DNA of 64,000 nucleotides, from the NCBI RefSeq assembly GCF_009914755.1, contig NC_060925.1, one strand, 5' to 3'. The position numbers and the translations under genes were made by a program. The DNA is from the human T2T-CHM13v2.0 reference genome, Homo sapiens. Under the pieces are notes generated by a model. That model searched no databases and had not been told where the DNA came from. It was given only the letters and a program-made list of their open reading frames with translations. How positions within the stretch are numbered: position 1 is the stretch's first letter; every line of letters begins with the position of its first letter. This document shows positions 54,604 through 64,000 of this stretch, piece after piece.

Positions 54604-55019
54604 TGTATTAGGCCCCAACAGACCAAACCCAAATGCAGTCATTCATGCTAAATGGCAGACAATCAAAGTAAAACTTTTACGGAAGCAGAGAACTCTCCAA
54701 ACAGACCAGTTTTTCCTGAAAACAGGAGACCCTCAGCGACCAATTGGAAAGGGCCTAGTCAACATGAATGGCTTGGGAAGGAAATCCCCTCTGCTTTAAC
54801 TCTTGTAAAAGAAAAGTAACCTGAAGTAATCTGTTACTAACCAATTCACTTTTTTAATTATTCTGTTTCCATGTTCCTACCTTACAAAAACCAACTGTTC
54901 TGCTATATCCAATGGAGGACTTATTTATTTCTAGATGTGATGCTGATCAATTTATAAACTGTTAATAAAAGCCAATTCTATCTTTAATACTAAATTTGTT
55001 CTAATTTTGTCTTTTGACA
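54604..55019 (+). mobile_element. ERV1 MER4-group solo LTR (subfamily not determined)
   Basis: TG...CA ends; 'caaatgcagtcattcatgcta', 'aaccaattcac', 'aataaaagccaatt...tttgtcttttgaca'. Confidence 0.75.
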
Positions 55020-55174
55020 ATATTATCAGATATAATATTTCAGGTAATCAATGTATTTGTAAGATTTTAATTTTACTTTAGATTTCTCATTCTCTAAATC
55101 TTGTTCTCTTCAGATTTGATATATAGGCAAACTGGGGCTTAGAAATATTAACAATAAGATTAAGTTCAAGCAAA

Positions 55175-55208
55175 AAATATCGAGATGTCTGAATGCATCT
55201 CGATATTT
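55175..55208. repeat. Perfect inverted repeat, 13-bp arms with 8-nt loop
   Basis: aaatatcgagatg-tctgaatg-catctcgatattt. Confidence 0.95.
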
Positions 55209-55459
55209 AAAAGTAGAGTGGATTTTGATCAGAAGAAATAAATTTTTGTCATATAGAACAGAGCAGAGACAAATGCAATCCAAACTTGGCCCTCAAAAGA
55301 AAAATGTGTCAACAGACTGCGTGAAAAAAGGTAACTGAAATTTTGCGCATTCGGAAATTCATTTTTAATATATTTTTCTTAAATCATAATAAAAAAGTTA
55401 AAATTTATAAATCTAAATTTAAATTTATGTTCAATCTTAATAGTGTATTTGTAACCTAA

Positions 55460-55779
<320 letters not shown>

Positions 55780-56371
55780 GGCATTTCTTTTTTTAAGCAG
55801 AAAAGAGCAATTTGCAATTTAGTTCTAAGGATTTCTTGGTTGTACTTACTATTTTCCAATTTGTTTAATTGGAGCGCTTAAGACATTTCTGAACCCTTTC
55901 ATCTCAGAAAGTTTCGACTCATAAAGATATAGCTAGACTTCCATAATTGCACTTGGGAATAAATTTATAAATGATAATTATCATATGTTTTTGAAAGACC
56001 TCATATTAGTCTTGAAATGTTAATAGTAAATTCCCAAACTGGGAGGATAGAAGAGTATTACTGATAGAAGGTATAGAAAGTGGGTATTCTATAAAATAGA
56101 ATACAGTTTTTTTTTTAAAAGTTTATTTGTTTGACTGGAACATAGTTGTATTGGAGTAATTATAGATGAAGATAAGAAAGCAATTGAGACCAAATTATAA
56201 AAACATAGTCTGCCTAAATAAACTATCTTGCACACCTCAATGTTATTCTCAGTAATTATATGTAACAACTAAGGTTTGAATTATATTTGACTCACAGACA
56301 ATGAAAAAACATTTATAAATTAGATATCACCATTTCAGTTCTATTGATGAAAAATATTACTAGTTTGAAGC

Positions 56372-56832
56372 TGTTAAAGAATAAAAAATTAATGACACTT
56401 ATTAAAACACAGAAAGGAATACTTTTATTCAGGATCATCGAGATAGACATAAGAACCACTGCAATGGGAGTTTGTAGTAGGGGAGAGACCTTAAGCTGAA
56501 TTCTGAATACAACATTGGCAAGTGGGAATTTATGGCAAAGGAGGAGGGCAAGGGTCAGTGGATGGAAAATTACTAAGAGGAAACATCAGGAGTAAGGAAG
56601 ATTCTTGCTAAAGACAGGCCGGGCTGACCAGATATCACTTTCGAAATGGTTGAAGATGAAAAACCTGATCAGATATTGAGGATGATCAGATTATCAAGAG
56701 TGGAGAATTCTTGCTAAACTGACTTAGCATGGTTCTTTGCTAAAACTAGATTTTACAAGAAAGTACATAGATCGGTCTAGGAGAAAATTCAGGAGCCTGA
56801 CTAAAGTTTGGACAGACAAAGAATGTTCGTCA
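56372..56832 (-). mobile_element. MER31-like ERV1 solo LTR
   Basis: 'tgttaaaga...aatgacacttattaaa...tttattcaggatcatcg...ggagcctgactaaagtttgg'; 4-bp TSD aagc at 56368-56371 and 56833-56836. Confidence 0.85.
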
Positions 56833-57153
56833 AAGCCATATAACCTTCAACTCTACAATAATTTAACGCTTATTGTGAATGATTAAAAAATACTTGATTT
56901 CCAATGAGTATATTTAGGTTTAAATCATTGTATGTATATTTATTTATGAAGACATTCAACAAATTTTTTATTTATTTTATAACTTTGGTACTGTGCTATG
57001 TAAAGTTTGCAGATATGAAGATGGATTTATTTTATTAACTCCCTAAAGTGGTAAAGTATTTAAAAGGAGAGGAAAGTAAATGTATATCATTAGTCAGGTT
57101 ATCAATGTTTTAGTAGAAGTATATGCAAAGAATTATAGAAGTAACAGAGGAAG

Positions 57154-58529
57154 TGTGTCCGGAATTGGTGGGTTCTTGGTTTCACTGACTTCAAGAATGA
57201 AGCCGCGGACCCTCGTGGTGAGTGTTACAGCTCTTAAGGTGGCGCGTCTGGAGTTTGTTCCTTCTGATGTTCGGAGTTTCTTCCTTCTGGTGGGTTCGTG
57301 GTCTCGCTGGCTCAGGAGTGAAGCTGCAGACCTTCGCGGTGAGTGTTACAGCTCTTTAGGCGGCGCGTCTGGAGTTGTTCTTTCCTCCTGGTGGGCTCCT
57401 GGTCTCGCTGGCTTCGGGAGTGAAGCTGCAGACCTTCTGGATGAGTGTTACAGCTCATAAAGGCAGTGTGGACCCAAAGAGTGAGCAGTAGCAAGATTTA
57501 TTGCAAAGAGCGAAAGAACAAAGCTTCCACAGTATGGAAGGGGACCCGAGCGGGTTGCCACTGCTGGCTCGGGCAGCCTGCTTTTATTCTCTTATCTGAT
57601 CCCACCCACATCCTGCTGATTGGTAGAGCCCAGTGGTCTGTTTTTACAGGGTGCTGATTGGTGTGTTTACAATCCCTGGTTCTCCACGTCCCCACTAGAT
57701 TCACTGGATACAGAGTGTCCATACAGAGGTTCTTCAAGGCCCCACCAGAGTAGCTAGATACAGAGTGTGGATTGGTGCATTCACAAACCCTGAGCTAGAC
57801 ACAGGATGCTGATTGGTGTGTTTACAAACCTTGAGCTAGATACAGAGTGCCAATTGGTGTATTTACAACACCTGAGCTAGACACAAAGGTTCTCCACGTC
57901 CCCACCAGACTCAGGAGCCCAGCTGGCTTCACCCAGTGGATCCCGTGCCTGGGCTGCAGGTGGAGCTGCCTGCCAGTCCCGCGCCGTGCGCCCGCACTCC
58001 TCAGCCCTTGGGTGGTCGATGGGACTCGGCGCCGTGGAGCAGGGGGCGGCGCTCATCCGGCGCCCATGGAATGGGTGGGAGGCTCAGGCATGGCGGGCTG
58101 CAGGTCCCGAGCCCTGACCCGCGGGAAGGCAGCTAAGGCCCGGTGAGAAATCGAGCGCAGCGCCGGTGGGCTGGCACTGCTGGGGGACCGAGTACACCCT
58201 CCACAGCCGCTGGCCGAGGTGCTAAGCCCCTCATTGCCCGGCTGCTCCGAGTGCGGGGCCCGCCAAGCCCACGCCCACCCGGAACTCCAGCTGACCCGGA
58301 ACTCCAGCTGGCCCGCAAGCGCCGCGCGCAGCCCGGGTTCCCGCTCGCGCCTCTCCTTCCACACCTGCCTGCAAGCTGAGGGAGCCGGTTCCGGCCTTGG
58401 CCAGCCCAGAAAGGGGCTCCCACAGTGCAGCGGTGGGCTGAAGGTTCCTCAAGTGCCTCTAAAGTGGGAGCCCAGGCAGAGGAGAGCGAGCGAGGGCTGT
58501 GAGGCCTGCCAGCACGCTGTGACCTCTCA
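57154..58529 (-). mobile_element. LTR12C (HERV9) solo LTR, complete
   Basis: Ends tgtgtccggaattggtgggttcttgg...ctgtgacctctca; tandem 'gctgattggtgtgtttacaa' units; CpG-rich U3; 4-bp TSD gaag at 57150-57153 and 58530-58533. Confidence 0.96.
57550..57860 (-). promoter_or_regulatory. LTR12C promoter core: five CCAAT (NF-Y) boxes and an AATAAAA TATA-like element, firing leftward
   Basis: attgg at 57619, 57657, 57771, 57812, 57853; ttttatt at 57582-57588; function inferred from known LTR12 biology. Confidence 0.65.
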
Positions 58530-58714
58530 GAAGTACACACTTGGCTGGAAAGAGAAGACTCTATAGAGGAGGAACTTACAGCCAGGACCCTGGTTGAATC
58601 AGTACTTAAAAATGCTCTTATGAGAAAGGGCAGAGCTGCATTTTACTTAACCTAAACTCATTTTTCACAAAGGTATGTAGTGTTCTTTTATATAAATATT
58701 TTTAAACTTTAATA

Positions 58715-59810
58715 TATTTATACATGTATATTAATATATTACAGAAAAATTACAAAGATAGTACAGAATTCCCATACACCCCACCTTCAATTTCCCCTGT
58801 TGTTAACATCTTACATTTGGATAATATATTTGTTACCATTGACAAATATTGATATATTCTTGTTATCTAAAGTTCATACTTGATTCAGATTTTCTTAGTT
58901 ATACTTAGTGTCTTTGCTGTGTTCCCATCTCTGATACTGCATTGCATTTAGTTGTATATCTCTTTCGGCTCCCCTTGGCTGTGACAGTTTACCAGAATTA
59001 TCTTGTGAATTGTGGCATTTTTTGAGGAGTAGTGGTCAAGTATTCAGCAGAATATCTCTCAGTGGAAATTTCTCCAGTGTTTTCCTCATGATTAGGCTGA
59101 GATAATGAGTTTTTGGAGAAAGAAATGAAATGCCATTCTCATTATATCATGCAAAGGGTACTTACTATCTACATGACTTATCACTCTTGATGTTGTCATT
59201 GATCACCTGGGTGAGATAGTATTCGTCAGGTTTCTCCACTACAAGGTTACCATTTCCTCCCTCTTTTCAAACTGTCCTTTTTGGAAGGAAGTCACTATAC
59301 ACAGTCCACACTTACAGAATGTGGTACTATTATCTACCTCCTTGAGGACAGGGCATCTACATGTATTATTTGAAAGATTCTGCGTAAGATATCCCTCTTC
59401 CCCCACTTACTTATTTACTCAGTTATTTGTTTATCTCCATATGAACTCCTAGATATTTATTTTATACTTGGTTACAATTCAATATTATTTCAATTTCTGC
59501 TCAGATTTTTCCTGCATTGGCCATTAAGAGCTCTAGAGTTGGCTCTGTGTCACACTGACATATTCCACCATTGAAGTGTTTGTTGATTTGTTTTTAAAAA
59601 TGTTCTCACTTTCTGGTAATGCCTACAAGATGCTCCAGACTCATTTTGTATATTTCCTAGCCCTAGAATGAGATGAGGAGCCCTAGTTTCTATTATTAAA
59701 GAATAGTATTATAAACCAGGAGATGGACACGAGGTGTGCTTGTTCTTACTGGGTCGACATTATTTTTAGGCCCTCTCAGTTGACAGAGCAAGGGCATATA
59801 TACATATATA
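58715..59810 (-). mobile_element. L1MC4-like 3' end
   Basis: 'acagaaaaattacaaagatagtacagaattcccatacacc...ttggaaggaagtcactat...gatgctccagactcattttgtatatttcc'. Confidence 0.85.
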
Positions 59811-60221
59811 TTACATCACATGTATATCATGTTTTACTATTATATATAGTTTTTATATGCACATTCAAGTTGTTGTTCCCCATTGTACATTTGTTTTATA
59901 GCTAAATTAATAACAAAAGCCAATTAATATTTCAATAATTTATTTTTTCTACTCCTTGCAATGAAACTGATCAGAAAGTATAAGGAATTAGAAAAATAAA
60001 TGAATATAAATATAACTAAAATGGTAGTCTTGTTTTTACTTAAAATAATTGAGCTTGGCTTGTATTTTCTTTAAAAGGTAGGTTTTAGAATTATTGAACG
60101 TAGAAGATTAAAATTTATTAGATCATAATCATAACTATAAAAGATATTCATGTTGTTAAGTCTGAATATGAAGTGTGTTTCTCCAAATTTCTATCCACAG
60201 ACAATGACACAATTATTTTTT

Positions 60222-60590
60222 TCTTTGTTAGTTCAGGTTGCTATAATTAATTACCATAGACCAGGCGGCTTAAAAGACAAACATATATTTCTCACAGTTC
60301 TGTATTCTGTGAAGTCCAAGATTAAGGCTTTAGCAGATCCAGTGCCTGGTGAGGGCCTGTTTCCTGGTTTGCAGACGGCCGTCTTCTTGTTGTAACCTCA
60401 CATGGCAGAGAACAGAGAAAAGAAGCAAACTTTTAAATGTCATTTTATAAAGGCAGTAATCCCACTCATCAGGGTTCTACCCTCATGCCCTAACCACCTC
60501 CCAAAGTCTCCACCTCTTAATACCATCACATTGGGGATTAGAATTTCAAAATATAAATTTTGAGGGGACACAAACATTCAGTCCATAGCA
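60222..60590 (-). mobile_element. MLT1A0-like MaLR solo LTR
   Basis: 'ttagttcaggttgctataa...gaagtccaagattaagg...ggtgagggcctgtttcctggtttgcagacggcc...acacaaacattcagtccatagca'. Confidence 0.9.
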
Positions 60591-60904
60591 CCTAGACTTA
60601 GTAAAGGATGCACAATGCCTAAGATTTTCTTATTAGTCTGAAGAGGCTGCTTATATTTGAAGTTAATGTCAGTAGTGTCAAATGAATTAAGTGTTTCAAT
60701 AAGATAATCTTCCGAGATAACCTGCATGTAGGATCCAGAATACTGAGTGCTCACAGTAGAACCCTAGAGTCTTTAACTGAAGATAATTGATTTATGTAAA
60801 ATGTAAGCTGATTAGACAATTAGTAGGTGATCACACTGCTTTTCATGGGGTGAGGAATATAAGTTCATGCTGGCCTGCCTTGTTTGGCATGCTTAACTGA
60901 TTGA

Positions 60905-61300
<396 letters not shown>

Positions 61301-62933
61301 TGCATTTTCCTTATAGCTTATTGTCTCTAAAAACAACAACAACAAAAAATCAAATTTAAAATAGCATTGCTTGGGTTTAGGGGGTGTGTATAGTAGAGAA
61401 ATAGTAAAAATAACAAAAAAACAAGAATGAAGTGATTCTTTAATGATGTGGACAATTGAGATTTTTACTTCTTAATCTTCTGTATGGGAAAGATATCTAC
61501 ACCCCATCTTTAAAAAATGACATAAGCTTTTTTGAGTCATTCTTCTTTTCCAAAAATATTCTTTTAACCCATTTAAAAAGCATGTTCTGATAATTGATCA
61601 AATATATATTTATATTACAAAAGCCAAATTTTCCATTTTTAGAATTGTTGATTAACAGAGAAAATAATTTAGATTTAACATACTAATCTTCGTAGGTGCT
61701 AAGGAATCACTTTAATATACTTCCATGCCAAATACATATTTTTAATTTTCTCATGAAAAGTTAAGTGTTAGAAGTTCAGACTGGGCTAGGTGTTAAATAA
61801 CATGGAGATATCAGAGTTATTTTGAAAGATAAAGCTTTAATCCTCTGAACCGTGCAAGAATCTATAAAAGAATATTACTTACAGTGTGTAGAGTGACACT
61901 GGAAACCTACTGCTTGTTTAGCCAGACTCTCTGCCTTCCAGATGTAGCCTTATTGCCTTAATCAAGTACTCTACACAGGATTCTGAATTAAATGATAAAC
62001 TCTAAGATTGCAAATTCCTCCCGACACTCTTGAGACCTTCTGGTCAAGGTTTTTATAATATATCTGAACCATAAAATAGATCTTTTTTTTTTTCAAATTT
62101 TTTGTGCTTTCTGTGTTTGCAAATCTTGTTGATATAGTCACCGACTTCATAAAGGGGAACTGTCAAAAATATCAGTTGACTTGATACAGTTATTGAACTG
62201 CATATCTAAAATAATCTTCAGTGGTACTTGCTCAAATCTCTAAAATGTTGCGTGGTCACTGATTCACTTTTGTGTGCTCAGTATATCAGAATTTGGCTTA
62301 ACTTACACAAAGTTTAGGTTTTCAAGTTTTAAAAAATTTTTCGTTTGTCACATTAACTAAAGACTTTTTGTGAGGTAAAATGGGACACTAAATGTAAAAC
62401 AGGTTATTCTGAGCCACAGTAAGTGCTCAGTAAATATTAATTGTTGTTATTATATTATTTTATACAGCCACCCAATTTAATGACACTGAACCATGCTTCG
62501 TTTAATAGATTAGAGAATTTAGGCCCAGAAAAATTGAATTCCTTTCCCATGGTTAGTAAATATATGAACTTACCCTTAAGCACAGGTAACCTGGATGTCT
62601 TAGTCCCCTAAAATGCACATACTATACATTTACATGCACATAGGTACAAATGCACAATTTCTTAGTCAAATTAAAGACTCATTTTCTAATTATAAAGATG
62701 AAACTGAAATACGCTTCTTTTATTTTTCTCTAAATGATTGGACTTTCCACAGAGAACACAATTTATTTGGTATGTCATTACCTACCAACCATAACTCTAA
62801 AGTGGGGAGGGGATGACAGAGGAAATTGTGGTCCAGGAAGAGAAACAGGTTCCAGCTTCTCACTGCCTCAGTCAGGATGTGACTTGCACTGTTGGCAACA
62901 GAGAAGGCGAGACAGAACCATTCTGCAGCCTGC

Positions 62934-63235
62934 TTTTGTTTTTTGTTTTTTTTTATACAGAGTTTCGCTCTTGTTGCCCAGGCTGGAGTGCGATGGCACG
63001 ATCTCAGCTCATTGCAACCTCTGCCTCCCTGATTCAAGAGATTCTCCTGCTCAGCCTCCTGAGTAGATGGAATTACAGGCACCTGCCACCATGCCCAACT
63101 ATTTTTCGTATTTTTAGTAGAGATGGGGTTTCACCATGTTGGCGAGGCTGGTCTTGAACTCCTGACCTCAGGTGATCCTCCTGTCTCGGCCTCCCAAAGT
63201 GCTGGGATTACAGGTGTGAGCCACCGTGCCTGGCT
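62934..63235 (-). mobile_element. AluSq/Sp-like
   Basis: 'gagtttcgctcttgttgcccagg', 'ctgacctcaggtgatc'. Confidence 0.92.
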
Positions 63236-64000
63236 CCCTGTGCGTTCTTTAAAATCTGTGTCTGTCTCATGTAGGTATGGTAGAAGAAGCAGCAGGAATG
63301 GCATGAAGTAGAAAAGTCTCTAGAAAGGGTCACCAATGGTAGCTTTCTGCTATTAGGCTACTGGAGGTTGTAAAGACATTTAAAGACTGGGTTATCTATG
63401 CAAAAATAATTTATTGACACATAATATGTAGTTCAAAGGTGTTCATACTATTTCACTTCAAACATAGCATTTATTCTTAAATTTAAAATCAGATGTCATT
63501 TACTTGGTTTTAATAAAATCCCTGCCGACTCCCAATAATGTAGACATAGCATAGTGGCCAAAGGAAGAAAATTTCCTTCTAATGCATCAGATACAAGACT
63601 CAAGATTCAAAACCCAAAGGGTGATTTTCCTAGAAAATCCTACCTGCAGACACATACGCATACAAACATATAATTTGAAGCAATTTTGTTAAGACATGCC
63701 AGTGTTGACAAAACTAACTTGATAACTTCAGTTTCACAGTGTTTACATGGCATCACTGAGGGCGAATGTGCCTTCAGATTTAATTAATGATTTTTCATGA
63801 TCAGGCAGTCATTTTTCCCTTTCTCCATAACCATTTCATGTACAATCACAGGGCAGGTCTTACTGGATAGAGGGCCCTCTTCTTTGGTACTTCTTTGGAT
63901 CTGCAAGCAGTACATCATCCAGTTAAATGTTTTGATGTCAACTAACATATCAGGCAAGTTTAGTGTAATGATTATAGAACATTTTTACTAATATTTTATT

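Noticed and set aside
57080-58566. Dense overlapping GC-rich ORFs and short repeated units that superficially resemble a CRISPR array or gene promoter
   Set aside because: Entirely explained by LTR12C internal tandem repeats; there are no unique spacers, and high GC lowers stop-codon frequency
63255-63345. Possible exon 'tgtctcatgtag|gtatggtagaagaagcagc...'
   Set aside because: Weak acceptor and donor and no supporting reading frame; not distinguishable from background

Overview
AT-rich, repeat-dense primate genomic DNA, almost certainly human because it contains an AluYa5 with all five diagnostic positions. I find no credible protein-coding exon, RNA gene or CRISPR array. The ORF track consists of Alu-, L1- and LTR12-derived or random AT-rich ORFs. 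Content: about 12 Alu elements or fragments, several L1 3' ends (L1PA8-like, L1PA15/16-like with a twin-priming inversion, a 2.8-kb L1PB, L1MC4), MaLR LTRs (MLT1A/D/J, MST), ERV1 solo LTRs including a complete LTR12C with a 4-bp TSD, MER20/MER58 DNA transposons, L2/MIR relics and microsatellites. Most Alu, L1 and LTR copies lie on the minus strand, which suggests (inference) a long intron of a plus-strand gene that I cannot name. The most notable items are: candidate recursive (AG|GTAAG) splice sites, the best at 22570/22571; a 610-bp local templated duplication (39753-40362 vs 42406-43007) inserted into an old L1; a nearby L2 fragment captured between 19-bp direct repeats; a perfect 20-bp-arm palindrome; a probably polymorphic AluYa5; and an intact antisense LTR12C promoter. 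I see no convincing evidence of a wholly new biological system. Subfamily names are from recalled consensus sequences and need RepeatMasker/Dfam confirmation.
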